Notes: generated from the letters alone by a model not told the origin. Positions 1 through 9,517 are shown, numbered from the stretch's first letter. The stretch is DNA of 64,000 nucleotides from an uncultured virus (IMG/VR IMGVR_UViG_3300022925_000007) (IMGVR_UViG_3300022925_000007), one strand, 5' to 3'. Numbers and translations: made by a program.

Positions 1-1744
1 CAAACTAGGGCATCAAAGGTTGATTGAAAGTTATATGATGGAAAGTGAGACGTCTCCCCAAGAGCGATTCGCATATGTCAGTAAGACATTTTCCAGTAAC
101 GATGAGCACGCACAACGTCTTTATGATTATGCTTCAAAGCATTGGTTATCATATTCTACGCCGATACTCTCATACGGTCGCTCCAGACGCGGCATGCCGA
201 TCTCATGCTTCTTAAATTATATCAACGATACCGCTGAAGGGTTGGTGGAAAACCTCTCTGAGACGAACTGGCTTTCCATGCTGGGGGGTGGCGTTGGTAT
301 CGGGTTTGGTATTCGTGCCTCTGATGATAAGTCCACTGGTGTTATGCCACACCTTAAAACCTATGACGCTTCTTCTCTCGCTTATCGTCAGGGTCGTACA
401 CGCCGTGGTTCCTATGCTGCTTATCTAGATATTTCACATCCCGATATCATGATGTTCCTCGAGATGCGTAAACCAACAGGCGATCAGAATATTCGCTGTT
501 TGAACCTACATCATGGTTTAAACATTTCCGACCGTTTCATGGAATTAATCGAGCGTTGTATGCAAGACGCTGACGCTGATGACGGTTGGAACCTCTGTGA
601 TCCAAATACAGGCGAGGTGCGCGAAACCGTATCGGCACGTGCTCTATGGCAGAAGATTCTAGAACTGCGTATGGAAACAGGCGAACCGTACTTGCACTTC
701 ATCGACACCAGCAACCGTTTAATGCCTGAGTTTCAAAAAGAGAAAGGACTGCGTATTAATCAGTCTAACCTATGCTCTGAGATTATTCTTCCAACCAGCA
801 AAGATCGCACTGCGGTTTGCTGCTTATCTTCGGTGAACCTAGAGCATTACGACTCGTGGTCGAAGAACGGTCAGTTTCTAAAAGATATGGCAGAGATGCT
901 TGATAACGTGCTCGCTCACTTTATTGAGCATGCACCTGACGCAGTAAGTCGAGCAAAGTTCTCCGCAAGGCAAGAACGCAGTATCGGTATAGGCGCACTC
1001 GGATTTCATGCTTACCTACAAAAGCATATGATCGAGTGGGAATCATGGCAAGCGACTAGCGCAAATGTAAGGATGTTTAAACACATCAGGAGTAAGTTAG
1101 ATGAAGCAAACATGGAACTTGGTGAAGAACGAGGTGAAGCGCCTGATGCGGCAGGCACAGGAAGAAGATTTAGTCACGTTATGGCTATCGCTCCCAATGC
1201 TAGTAGTAGTATTATTATGGGTAACACTTCACCGTCTATTGAACCATTTAGAGCAAATGCTTACAGGCAAGACACGCTATCTGGAGCGCATCTCAATAAG
1301 AATAAGTATTTGGCAAAACTGGTTAAAGTCAAAATTGAAGCAGGGGAAACTAGATTAAGCGAAGATGAGATCTGGTCATCTATAATCTCTAGCGATGGTT
1401 CCTGTCAACACCTAACCTTCCTGAGTCAGGATGAGAAGAACGTGTTCAAGACGGCAATGGAAATCGACCAGCGTTGGATCGTCGACCATGCGGCAAAGCG
1501 CCAGATGTTTATTGATCAGGCACAATCCTTAAATATCTTTTTTAGACCCGATGTGCATATCAAGTATCTCCATGCTGTTCACTTTCTTGCTTGGAAGAAC
1601 GGTCTTAAGACGTTATACTACTGCCGCTCAGAGAAACTCGGTAAAGCAGATAAAGTCTCGAGGCGTATCGAACGTGATGTCATTAAGGAGATTAACCTCG
1701 GTGATATAGTCGAGGACGGCGGATGCCTCGCCTGTGAAGGTTGA
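1..1744 (+). CDS. nrdA: Ribonucleotide reductase class Ia alpha subunit (5'-truncated by window edge)
   Basis: STP, PISCFL, SNLCSEI (catalytic NxCxE), APNASSS, TLYY and C-terminal CLAC motifs. The frame is open back to the window start. Confidence 0.97.
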   Translation, partial: KLGHQRLIESYMMESETSPQERFAYVSKTFSSNDEHAQRLYDYASKHWLSYSTPILSYGRSRRGMPISCFLNYINDTAEGLVENLSETNWLSMLGGGVGIGFGIRASDDKSTGVMPHLKTYDASSLAYRQGRTRRGSYAAYLDISHPDIMMFLEMRKPTGDQNIRCLNLHHGLNISDRFMELIERCMQDADADDGWNLCDPNTGEVRETVSARALWQKILELRMETGEPYLHFIDTSNRLMPEFQKEKGLRINQSNLCSEIILPTSKDRTAVCCLSSVNLEHYDSWSKNGQFLKDMAEMLDNVLAHFIEHAPDAVSRAKFSARQERSIGIGALGFHAYLQKHMIEWESWQATSANVRMFKHIRSKLDEANMELGEERGEAPDAAGTGRRFSHVMAIAPNASSSIIMGNTSPSIEPFRANAYRQDTLSGAHLNKNKYLAKLVKVKIEAGETRLSEDEIWSSIISSDGSCQHLTFLSQDEKNVFKTAMEIDQRWIVDHAAKRQMFIDQAQSLNIFFRPDVHIKYLHAVHFLAWKNGLKTLYYCRSEKLGKADKVSRRIERDVIKEINLGDIVEDGGCLACEG

Positions 1745-2273
1745 GGATCATTTCAAAATCGAAAGAATACTTGACGCAGCAGATATGAAAAGTCTGCTCG
1801 AGTATTTTGATTCTGCAGATGTTGAAGAATATCATCAGAACTATAATCTATTCGATGTGATCTATCAAAGGGTGCCATCAAAGCACCCTGTTTTGTCTAA
1901 GTTGATAAAGTATGCGGGGATGTCTTTGAAGGCATCCTACATGTTAAAGTATGAAGAAGGTTCCTTCGCTCGCGCTCATCAAGATGATGACTCTGACTTG
2001 ACTATAGTCACCATTTTAGAAACTAAGGATCTGGTTGGCGGCGAGTCGTTATGCTTTTTACCTTATGCGAAAAGACCGCGAGTGAAATTAGCAAAACGCA
2101 ACAAGAGAGAAACAAAGAAACCGCCATACGGGGACAACATTATTCCCTATATAATTGACTGCGAGGATGGCGACTCTTTAGTATATAATAGATCATTGAA
2201 GCATTCCGTCTCACTGGTCAAATCTGGTTATCGAAAAGTTCTAATCACTTGGTTTAATAAAAGAGGAAATTAA
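1734..2273 (+). CDS. 2OG-Fe(II) oxygenase superfamily protein
   Basis: HQD...H...R pattern (ARAHQDD, GGE, LKHSV, GYRKVLITWF). Confidence 0.7.
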   Translation: MKVEDHFKIERILDAADMKSLLEYFDSADVEEYHQNYNLFDVIYQRVPSKHPVLSKLIKYAGMSLKASYMLKYEEGSFARAHQDDDSDLTIVTILETKDLVGGESLCFLPYAKRPRVKLAKRNKRETKKPPYGDNIIPYIIDCEDGDSLVYNRSLKHSVSLVKSGYRKVLITWFNKRGN

Positions 2274-3253
2274 TGAAATCATCACTCACTTCAGAGCGCG
2301 AGTATTTTAAACCGTTTAACTATCCTTGGGCATACGATGCTTGGTTGAAACACGAACAGTCGCATTGGTTACATACAGAAGTACCAATGGGCGAGGACGT
2401 GAAAGACTGGAAGAATCGAATGAGTAAAGAAGAGCAGGCATTCCTTACAAATATCTTTCGTTTCTTTACACAGGGCGATATCGACGTTGCTGGTGGTTAT
2501 GTAAACAATTACCTTCCATATTTCCCACAACCAGAAGTACGAATGATGCTTGCTGGTTTTGCGGCAAGGGAGGCGTTGCACGTTGCCGCATACTCACATC
2601 TTATTGAAACATTAGGTATGCCGGAGAGTACATATAATGAATTTCTTGAATATGAAGCTATGCGTGATAAGCATGATTATTTTACTGATCTTTCTAACGC
2701 CAATGGTACAAAAGAATCAGTGGCGACCAACATTGCCGCCTTCTCTGCCTTTACCGAGGGCATGCAACTATTTTCATCATTCATTATGCTTCTGAACTTT
2801 CCTCGCCACGGTAAGATGAAAGGTATGGGGCAAATTGTAACTTGGTCTATCGTTGATGAGACAATGCACGCCGAGTCGATGATTAAACTTTTTCGCACAT
2901 ACGTTGAAGAGAATATTGAACTGTGGAACGATGATTTAAAATCTCGAATCTATGTGATCGCTGAGAAGATGGTAGAGCTTGAGGACAAGTTTATTGACCT
3001 CGCGTTTGCGATTGGACCAATGGAAGATCTCACGCCTAATGACGTCAAGATGTATATTCGTTATATCGCTGATCGTCGACTCATCTCCTTGGGTATGAAG
3101 GGTATCTTCAAAGTCAAGAAGAATCCATTACTCTGGGTAGAGGAAATGATCAACGCACCGACTCATACTAATTTCTTCGAGAACCGTGCTACCGATTATG
3201 CCCGTGGTGCGTTGTCTGGCGACTGGAGAGATGTCTGGGGAACCGCTGCATGA
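2273..3253 (+). CDS. nrdB: Ribonucleotide reductase class Ia beta subunit
   Basis: FFTQGD, EALHVAAY, EGMQLFSSF, DETMH and NFFE di-iron/tyrosyl motifs. Confidence 0.97.
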   Translation: MKSSLTSEREYFKPFNYPWAYDAWLKHEQSHWLHTEVPMGEDVKDWKNRMSKEEQAFLTNIFRFFTQGDIDVAGGYVNNYLPYFPQPEVRMMLAGFAAREALHVAAYSHLIETLGMPESTYNEFLEYEAMRDKHDYFTDLSNANGTKESVATNIAAFSAFTEGMQLFSSFIMLLNFPRHGKMKGMGQIVTWSIVDETMHAESMIKLFRTYVEENIELWNDDLKSRIYVIAEKMVELEDKFIDLAFAIGPMEDLTPNDVKMYIRYIADRRLISLGMKGIFKVKKNPLLWVEEMINAPTHTNFFENRATDYARGALSGDWRDVWGTAA

Positions 3254-3390
3254 CTGAAGAAGGCGATTTGGAATACAATACATTCTGCGAGGTCTGCGGT
3301 GTGCAGACCTCGATTATCGTTTTTGATATTGACGAAAAACCTGTGTTCTGCCCTATGTGCGGAGAAGAGGCGAATGTTAAGCAAGTATAG
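3250..3390 (+). CDS. Small zinc-ribbon protein (46 aa, not in ORF track)
   Basis: Manual translation MTEEGDLEYNTFCEVCG...FCPMCGEEANVKQV has two CxxC pairs. ATGA overlap with the nrdB stop. Confidence 0.75.
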   Translation: MTEEGDLEYNTFCEVCGVQTSIIVFDIDEKPVFCPMCGEEANVKQV

Positions 3391-3398
3391 ATACTTGT

Positions 3399-3821
3399 AT
3401 GACATGGCATTATAATAACGAAGTATTCACTCCTAGCGAAGACGAACTGAAAGATCTCGTCGGTTTCGTTTATCTTATCACGGAAAAAGAAACTGGCATG
3501 AAATATGTTGGTAAGAAACTTTTTCATCGAAAGAAAACACTTCCGCCCCTGAAAGGGCAAAAACGCAAACGCAGATCACTGGTCGAGTCAGACTGGAAGA
3601 CATACTGCGGTTCAAGCGAAAACGTGAAAGAAGCAATTAAACTCAACGGTATAGAATCCTTTCACCGTGAGATACTGCACCTATGTAAAAGCAAGGGCGA
3701 TTGCTCTTACTTGGAGGCGAAGGAGCAGTTTGACAGGGACGTCCTTTTACGTGAAGACTACTATAACGGCATTATCAACTGCCGTATCAATGCTAAGCAC
3801 TTGAAATTGAAGGGGAAATAG
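3399..3821 (+). CDS. GIY-YIG family endonuclease-like protein
   Basis: GFVYLIT...KYVGKK, YCGSS, LEAKEQ, YYN. Confidence 0.8.
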   Translation: MTWHYNNEVFTPSEDELKDLVGFVYLITEKETGMKYVGKKLFHRKKTLPPLKGQKRKRRSLVESDWKTYCGSSENVKEAIKLNGIESFHREILHLCKSKGDCSYLEAKEQFDRDVLLREDYYNGIINCRINAKHLKLKGK

Positions 3822-3825
3822 GTGC

Positions 3826-3854
3826 TTTACTTTCAAGAGTATTTACCTTACAAT
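3826..3854 (+). promoter_or_regulatory. Early/sigma70-type phage promoter TTTACT-N17-TACAAT
   Basis: gtgcTTTACT ttcaagagtatttacct TACAAT. The motif recurs five times in the window. Confidence 0.7.
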
Positions 3855-3863
3855 AGGTGACTT

Positions 3864-4163
3864 ATGATTAATAAAACTCACGTTATCATTTTCTTGGTTG
3901 CCGTGCTTAGTGGTAGGATCGGTTATGTTGCTGGTGCTAAGTCCTCTAAAGAAACCTACGATGCGAATATGCTTCTGGTTGAAAAGGCAAATCATCAAAG
4001 GATAGAACAAATCATATACCGGATTAGTTCTGAATCTGTAAACGAATTTCTAAAAGGGTTGAGAAACAGTTGCCATGTGTATTTTAGGTTTTCTCTGCGG
4101 AGAGAAAGTGATGGGAAAATAGAAACCTATCGTTGTGAGTTTATCGAAGAAATTAAAGCGTAA
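3864..4163 (+). CDS. Hypothetical protein with N-terminal hydrophobic segment
   Basis: ORF lies directly downstream of the promoter. Confidence 0.6.
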   Translation: MINKTHVIIFLVAVLSGRIGYVAGAKSSKETYDANMLLVEKANHQRIEQIIYRISSESVNEFLKGLRNSCHVYFRFSLRRESDGKIETYRCEFIEEIKA

Positions 4164-4178
4164 CTAAATGGTCTTATT

Positions 4179-5036
4179 ATGATACTGATTGATTTTAACG
4201 GCATTGCTATTTCGAATATCGTCACACAAAAACTGGCGGTGGAAGAAAACCTGATACGGCATATGATACTAAACAGCATACGCATGTATCGTAGCAAATT
4301 TCATGAGCAGTATGGAGAGGTTGTTATCTGTTGCGATGCTGGTAATAACTGGCGCAGAGACGTCTATCCTCAGTACAAGTACAAGCGAAAAGTATCGCGC
4401 GAGGCCTCCGCTGATTACTGGAATGAAATTTTCACAATCCTAAACAAGATACGGTCAGAGATTGAAGAGAACTTTCCCTACAAGTTTATGATGGTAGACA
4501 AGTGCGAGGCAGATGACATCATTGCGCAACTTGCTTTTAATACGCAAGAGTTTGGTAACTATGAAGACGTCCTTATCGTTTCGGCGGATAAAGACTTCGC
4601 TCAGTTACAGGTGATGAGTAACGTCAAGCAATACTCGCCCATGAAGAAGAAGTTTATCGTAGAAGATAATCCTCGCCTCATGCTTCTCCAGCACGTACTG
4701 AAAGGCGATTCGAGTGACGGCGTACCCAACGTACTATCAGATGATGATTGTTTCGTAGAGGGTCGCAGACAGTCTCCAGTGACTAAGAAGTTTATCGAAT
4801 CAGTCGTCGCCGCTGACTGTCCAGAGGAGTGCACTTTCTTTACAGAAGATATAAGTAGAAACTATCAACGTAACAAAAAAATGATCGATCTGTCTGAGTT
4901 GCCCGAAATGCTCAAAACGGAAATTATAAATAAATATGAATCACAGGATCCTTGGTCTAACAGGGGCAAGGTTCTGGGTTACTTGATAGCAAACAATTGT
5001 AAACGACTGATTGAAGATATAAAGGATTTTTTATGA
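4179..5036 (+). CDS. rnh: T4-like RNase H / 5'-3' flap exonuclease
   Basis: MILIDFN, WRR..YP.YK..R, EADDIIA, SADKDF.QL, GDSSDGVPN. Confidence 0.93.
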   Translation: MILIDFNGIAISNIVTQKLAVEENLIRHMILNSIRMYRSKFHEQYGEVVICCDAGNNWRRDVYPQYKYKRKVSREASADYWNEIFTILNKIRSEIEENFPYKFMMVDKCEADDIIAQLAFNTQEFGNYEDVLIVSADKDFAQLQVMSNVKQYSPMKKKFIVEDNPRLMLLQHVLKGDSSDGVPNVLSDDDCFVEGRRQSPVTKKFIESVVAADCPEECTFFTEDISRNYQRNKKMIDLSELPEMLKTEIINKYESQDPWSNRGKVLGYLIANNCKRLIEDIKDFL

Positions 5037-5473
5037 TTACACAAAATCAACCTAAACGCCAACTTGATCTCTACGAGGTGCTAGAACAAGTTGAAAAAGC
5101 AAAAACGCGAGCAGAGAAAATCGAGGTGTTAAGAGCGAATGACACCACTCCGCTCAGGGATTATATTCGCTGCGTTTTTGACGATCGTATTCAGTTTAAT
5201 CTACCAACGGGACGACCTCCGTATACTCAAAACGTAGAGGGTTCCGTACCATCTTCCTGGCAACGCCAGAACACCAAACTCAAGTATTTTGTAAAGGGGT
5301 TGGTGGGCGATCAGATGAATCACATCAAGCGGGAGAAACTTTTCATTGGCGTATTGGAAAGCGTGCACCCAGTGGAGGCAGAGGTGCTTATTGATATGAT
5401 TAACAAAAAATCTAAGACTAAGGGACTGACGAAAAAACTTGTGCAGGAGGCATTTCCCAATCTCGTAACATAG
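5033..5473 (+). CDS. Conserved T4-like phage hypothetical protein
   Basis: LP.G.PPY, KREKLFI..LE..HP.EAE motifs, typical of the gene following rnh in marine T4-like phages. Confidence 0.7.
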   Translation: MITQNQPKRQLDLYEVLEQVEKAKTRAEKIEVLRANDTTPLRDYIRCVFDDRIQFNLPTGRPPYTQNVEGSVPSSWQRQNTKLKYFVKGLVGDQMNHIKREKLFIGVLESVHPVEAEVLIDMINKKSKTKGLTKKLVQEAFPNLVT

Positions 5474-5509
5474 TACGTTTAACTTTCAAGGTTTAAGGAG
5501 TAGCGTTTA

Positions 5510-5671
5510 ATGCACGGAAGACAACTTGAGCGATTAAAAAAAGATAGCAAAGAGTTGGGGCATTATATTCACAAACTTAACAAAAAAGGGAGGATCGACA
5601 CAGCGTATAGAATGCAGATTAAAAAAGAATTTCTAAACCAACACATCTTAGAGTTAGAAACACAAGAATAA
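5510..5671 (+). CDS. Small basic hypothetical protein (53 aa)
   Basis: AAGGAG RBS, then MHGRQLERLKKDSKELGHYIHKLNKKG... Confidence 0.6.
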   Translation: MHGRQLERLKKDSKELGHYIHKLNKKGRIDTAYRMQIKKEFLNQHILELETQE

Positions 5672-5690
5672 GGAAGGTGATCATATCTAG

Positions 5691-5720
5691 AGTCGCCTCC
5701 TTGTGGGGCGACTTTTTTTT
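5691..5720 (+). terminator. Rho-independent terminator
   Basis: AGTCGCC-loop-GGCGACT followed by a T run. Confidence 0.85.
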
Positions 5721-5724
5721 ATGC

Positions 5725-5752
5725 TTTACTTTTCATTTTTAATCCGTATAAT
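5725..5752 (+). promoter_or_regulatory. Early-type promoter TTTACT-N16-TATAAT
   Basis: atgcTTTACT...TATAAT upstream of the 5800 ORF. Confidence 0.65.
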
Positions 5753-5799
5753 AAAGCCATCGCTGCCTCGTCGCTGACTGTATTGAAAAGAGATAATTT

Positions 5800-6033
5800 A
5801 TGCCAACGTATGATTTAAGAAACAAGGAAACGGGTGAAGTCAAGGAAATGATTTTATCCATAAGTAAGAAAGAAGACATGGTTGCCAGTGGCGAATGGGA
5901 GCAAGTACATTTGACATCAACAACCATTGTGTCCGATGTGGGCAGTCTACTCTCCAAAACAGATGATGGGTTCAAAGACCTATTGAAAAATATCAAGAAG
6001 CACTCTGGAAGGAGAAATACTATTAAAGTATGA
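5800..6033 (+). CDS. FmdB-like small regulatory protein (conserved upstream of phoH)
   Basis: MPTYDLRNKETGEV N-terminus; DGFKDLLKNIKK. Confidence 0.65.
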   Translation: MPTYDLRNKETGEVKEMILSISKKEDMVASGEWEQVHLTSTTIVSDVGSLLSKTDDGFKDLLKNIKKHSGRRNTIKV

Positions 6034-6728
6034 AGACCAATAATAAGAAGTCTCTTCGTATCGAACACCTGCTAACTTGCGAACCCCAAACTGTCAGACA
6101 AGAAATTGCTTTTGCTGAATGGAAGCGAAACGGCAATCACCTAGTGCTTAATGGAAGCGCAGGTACAGGTAAAACATTCATGGCTTTATATTTAGCACTG
6201 GAGACAGTCCTTGATAAATCCAATACTATAAACAAGATTCACCTTGTACGGTCGGTAGTTCCTACACGAGAGGTGGGTTTCTTACCAGGAACTATTAACG
6301 AGAAACTATCACCATACATGGCACCGTATCAATTTATCTGCGCCGACCTTTTTGATCAAGGAGACGCATTTGAGGTGCTAACTGAAGCGGAAGTAATTGA
6401 GTTTCACAGTACGTCCTTTATACGCGGATTGACTTTTGATAACTCTATAATTATAGTTGATGAGATGCAGAACTGCACGTTTCATGAACTCGACAGTATA
6501 CTTACAAGGGTCGGCGAAAATACACGTGTTATATTTTGCGGCGATTACTACCAGTCTGACTTCGTTAAACAAGCAGACAAAGAGGGCATAAAAAAATTCA
6601 TCAAAATAGTTGAGAACCTAAGTAAATTCAGTATAATTGAATTTGAATGGTCGGATATCGTTAGAAGCGCGTTCGTGCGCGACTATATCATGACGAAAGA
6701 AATGCTTGAAAGGAGTGTAGCGGGATGA
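6030..6728 (+). CDS. phoH: PhoH-family ATPase
   Basis: GSAGTGKT, GFLPG, FIRGLTF, IVDEMQN, GDYYQSD, DIVRS. Confidence 0.95.
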   Translation: MKTNNKKSLRIEHLLTCEPQTVRQEIAFAEWKRNGNHLVLNGSAGTGKTFMALYLALETVLDKSNTINKIHLVRSVVPTREVGFLPGTINEKLSPYMAPYQFICADLFDQGDAFEVLTEAEVIEFHSTSFIRGLTFDNSIIIVDEMQNCTFHELDSILTRVGENTRVIFCGDYYQSDFVKQADKEGIKKFIKIVENLSKFSIIEFEWSDIVRSAFVRDYIMTKEMLERSVAG

Positions 6729-7177
6729 TGAATATAAATGAGTTAATACTCAATATAACGAAATGGCACCACTATCGGAATCTGATTGACGGTGCCACGG
6801 ACAAAGATCAGGTATGTAAACTCATTCAGGAAGTGGGAGAGTTAAGTGATAATGTGTGCAAAGGTAACGATATTCGTGACGATATCGGTGATATTATTGT
6901 CGTGCTGGTTAATATTGCCGAGCGAAACGGACTGAGTATCGAAGAATGCCTCGAGTGCGCATGGGACGATATCAAAGATCGAAAGGGTCGCATGGCAAAC
7001 GGCGTGTTCATCAAAGAGGAGGATGGTGTGGTGCCGTCTTTTAATGAAGAAGCGACTTCCTCATATTATTCCGAGGAAGACTGGGAACGTATCGGCGAGA
7101 TCGATCTATCTGAAACCATAACCGTCAACCTCGAAGACATTGACTGGAATGATCGAACGCCGGAAGATGTGGTGTAA
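6725..7177 (+). CDS. mazG: MazG-like nucleotide pyrophosphohydrolase with acidic tail
   Basis: KLIQEVGEL, DDIGD, IKDRKG...GVFIKE. Confidence 0.85.
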   Translation: MMNINELILNITKWHHYRNLIDGATDKDQVCKLIQEVGELSDNVCKGNDIRDDIGDIIVVLVNIAERNGLSIEECLECAWDDIKDRKGRMANGVFIKEEDGVVPSFNEEATSSYYSEEDWERIGEIDLSETITVNLEDIDWNDRTPEDVV

Positions 7178-7180
7178 GCA

Positions 7181-7348
7181 ATGAAGGTTAAGGTCGAGAT
7201 TGAAGCAAATCCTGACGAAGTGCAGGACCTGTTCATTCCCAGTAACAAACAGAAAGAGTTTGCGGAGGCACTCTACAAAGCATATATTGATGCTATGAGT
7301 AAAACGGTATCTGGTGCAGTGAATAAAGTGTTTAAGAGGAAAGCATGA
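7181..7348 (+). CDS. Small hypothetical protein (55 aa)
   Basis: MKVKVEIEANPDEVQDLF... fills the gap. ATGA overlap with the next gene. Confidence 0.6.
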   Translation: MKVKVEIEANPDEVQDLFIPSNKQKEFAEALYKAYIDAMSKTVSGAVNKVFKRKA

Positions 7349-7677
7349 AGACAATTGGTTTCTGGATCTATGATCTATATAATTTCTTTTTTAGTTTGAA
7401 GATTAATCCGCTACGGTTCATTCCCAACGCTTTCACACAATACATACTCATGTTTTACTTGAGCGTGATGTGGACGGTCGTGTTCACCATCTGGGCGGGG
7501 CACACCATCTACTTTGGCATTTACAGCGTTGGAGGTCATCTTCTCGTCGTGAGCGCATTTTTTATTACTGCCTTGGTATTTGAAGACGCAGAAAAGAATG
7601 GACACCTGTGGGTGAGGCGTCCAGACACGGAAAGAGCAAAGAACAAGTGTATCTGGGATTTAGAGAATGAAGGTTAA
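7345..7677 (+). CDS. Hypothetical membrane protein
   Basis: Two hydrophobic segments; in operon. Confidence 0.65.
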   Translation: MKTIGFWIYDLYNFFFSLKINPLRFIPNAFTQYILMFYLSVMWTVVFTIWAGHTIYFGIYSVGGHLLVVSAFFITALVFEDAEKNGHLWVRRPDTERAKNKCIWDLENEG

Positions 7678-7692
7678 GAGGGAGGGCAAATA

Positions 7693-7830
7693 ATGGAAGG
7701 TGGTGGACTCGCACTAATTGGTATAGCAATCTTTGGTCCCATCGCAATGGTATGGACTGCTGTTGCCATATCAGGATGGTTAATGCCCGCAGAAAAAAGC
7801 AAGCAGATGGATCTGTTCGATTATGATTGA
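7693..7830 (+). CDS. Small membrane peptide (45 aa)
   Basis: GGAGG RBS; MEGGGLALIGIAIFGPIAMVWTAVAISGWLMPAEKSKQMDLFDYD. Confidence 0.55.
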   Translation: MEGGGLALIGIAIFGPIAMVWTAVAISGWLMPAEKSKQMDLFDYD

Positions 7831-7915
7831 ACTTCTAGGAGTTGGAGCAATTATGATGTCTCCGATGATATTCGGTGCTATCTGTGTTTATTACTCAATC
7901 AAGTGCACTAAATGA
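7823..7915 (+). CDS. Small membrane peptide (30 aa)
   Basis: MIELLGVGAIMMSPMIFGAICVYYSIKCTK; ATGA overlap with the lysozyme start. Confidence 0.45.
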   Translation: MIELLGVGAIMMSPMIFGAICVYYSIKCTK

Positions 7916-8367
7916 TTCTCAACAGGCAAAAAATCGCGGAACAATTAATCGTCGACGAAGGCGTGGTGTTTGAAGTTTATCAAGACTCGCTGGGGTTTCC
8001 AACCTTCGGCGTGGGGCACCTTATAAGGGAAGGCGACCCAGAGTATGGTCTACCTATTGGCGCGGAGATACTTGAATCGCGCGTCTGGGAAACATTCGAA
8101 GACGATATCGAGGTTGCAATCTCTGAATGCAAAATGCTATATGGCGATTACACCTTCGCCAAGTTTCCTGGAGAAGTGCAAGAGGTTCTAGTTAACATGA
8201 TGTTCAACCTAGGACGAACCAAGTTATCCAAGTTTCGTAAGATGTACCGTCACCTACAAAATGGTGATTGGGGTTTTGCTGCAATGGAAGGGCGCGATTC
8301 ATTGTGGTACAAACAAGTAACCGACCGCGCAGAAAGATTGATGAGTAGATTGGAAAAGGTGGTCTGA
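7912..8367 (+). CDS. T4-type lysozyme (GH24 endolysin)
   Basis: DEG...YQDSLGFPTFGVGH catalytic E/D/T triad; NMMFNLG; SLWYKQV..RA. Confidence 0.92.
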   Translation: MILNRQKIAEQLIVDEGVVFEVYQDSLGFPTFGVGHLIREGDPEYGLPIGAEILESRVWETFEDDIEVAISECKMLYGDYTFAKFPGEVQEVLVNMMFNLGRTKLSKFRKMYRHLQNGDWGFAAMEGRDSLWYKQVTDRAERLMSRLEKVV

Positions 8368-8537
8368 TGGCTAAATATAATCGACACGATACCAAGAACA
8401 AGAAAAGAAATAAGCATAAGAACTTTTCTAAAGACGGGGGAGCGATGAAGTTTCATCGCGTCGAATCAGAACTATGGAAGAAAAGCACACCGAAGAAAAT
8501 ATTCCGCCGACATCAGGTCGATTTAGAGGGAATCTAA
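8367..8537 (+). CDS. Small basic protein (56 aa)
   Basis: TGATG coupling to the lysozyme stop; MAKYNRHDTKNKKRNKHK... Confidence 0.5.
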   Translation: MAKYNRHDTKNKKRNKHKNFSKDGGAMKFHRVESELWKKSTPKKIFRRHQVDLEGI

Positions 8538-8866
8538 CTTCTAATGAAGTCGAGATGGACTTGGATAAGTTCCTCGACTTGGTGAATGCAAACAACGCAC
8601 TCAAAGAAGAGGTTAAATGGCTCAAGGAAGAAAAACAAGTGAATCCGTGGGTCAAGTGGGTGCATCTCGCCGCTACGATTGATGCATGGCGCATATTTCC
8701 TCGGGCATTTATTACAGTATACATGATTCTTCTGTATTACTCCGTCATGTGGTTTATGGGACTTGGCGAACCAACTGCACCGCAATCCGCACTTATATCA
8801 ACTATCGTAGGTGCAGGTGCTGCTTGGTTTGGACTCTATGTTAAGTCCGGATCGAAGGAAGAATAA
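8474..8866 (+). CDS. Membrane protein with two C-terminal TM helices (holin candidate)
   Basis: WRIFPRAFITVYMILLYYSVMWFM and ALISTIVGAGAAWFGLYV; close to the lysozyme. Confidence 0.55.
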   Translation: MEEKHTEENIPPTSGRFRGNLTSNEVEMDLDKFLDLVNANNALKEEVKWLKEEKQVNPWVKWVHLAATIDAWRIFPRAFITVYMILLYYSVMWFMGLGEPTAPQSALISTIVGAGAAWFGLYVKSGSKEE

Positions 8867-9489
8867 TGAAAATCTACATGATAGCGATATCGGGCAACCC
8901 GACTTCGCAATACTACAAAGACGCCTGTCTAAAAAGTTGGATCGATAAAGGTTACGAGGTAACACACTTCGAGGCAACTGTTCCCGAAACGATACCTGAG
9001 AATGGTCCTCTGCGCTTCGGTCCCCTAAAGAGTAAACGCTCTTTCAGTGATACCGAGCGCGCAGTTTGGTACTCACACTACAACCTATGGAAGCACTGCG
9101 TAGAAATTGACGAACCGATACATGTTCTAGAGCACGATAGTTATTTGCTTGATCACCTACCAGTATTTGACAATACTGAGATAGAGTTGTTCGGACTATT
9201 CGACTATCGTCATAACGGAACCTACAGATACGCCAAGCATGTCGTTTCCCCCTGCGCTGGGTATTATATCACACCGACTGCTGCTGAGGTCATGATAAAA
9301 AAAGCAGAGAAGGAAGCAATCACAATCAACGTTGATTGGATAGTTCATGAAACGTATGACGATTTTCACCTAGAAGAAACAGGCAGGAGCATGAAACTGT
9401 TTCAGCAAAACCTTCAGGGGCAATGCGTAGTGCAGCAATTGTACATAGACCACATAGGAACTACCATACTCCATCCTTCTTATAAATAG
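8866..9489 (+). CDS. GT25-like glycosyltransferase
   Basis: SHYNLWKHC...VLEHD, GYYITP.AA. Confidence 0.7.
   Translation: MKIYMIAISGNPTSQYYKDACLKSWIDKGYEVTHFEATVPETIPENGPLRFGPLKSKRSFSDTERAVWYSHYNLWKHCVEIDEPIHVLEHDSYLLDHLPVFDNTEIELFGLFDYRHNGTYRYAKHVVSPCAGYYITPTAAEVMIKKAEKEAITINVDWIVHETYDDFHLEETGRSMKLFQQNLQGQCVVQQLYIDHIGTTILHPSYK
9481..9488 (+). promoter_or_regulatory. T4-type late promoter TATAAATA
   Basis: Exact gp55 consensus about 30 nt upstream of the 9518 ORF. Confidence 0.75.
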
Positions 9490-9517
9490 ATGAAAACCCC
9501 CGCTAGCGAGAACAGTA

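Noticed and set aside
1734..2273. Intron or intein in the nrd genes
   Set aside because: nrdA and nrdB are each continuous; the insert is a free-standing gene.
4925..4932. TATAAATA inside rnh (also at 56083 inside a small ORF)
   Set aside because: These are intragenic and could be chance in AT-rich codons. They may be real but were not listed as features.
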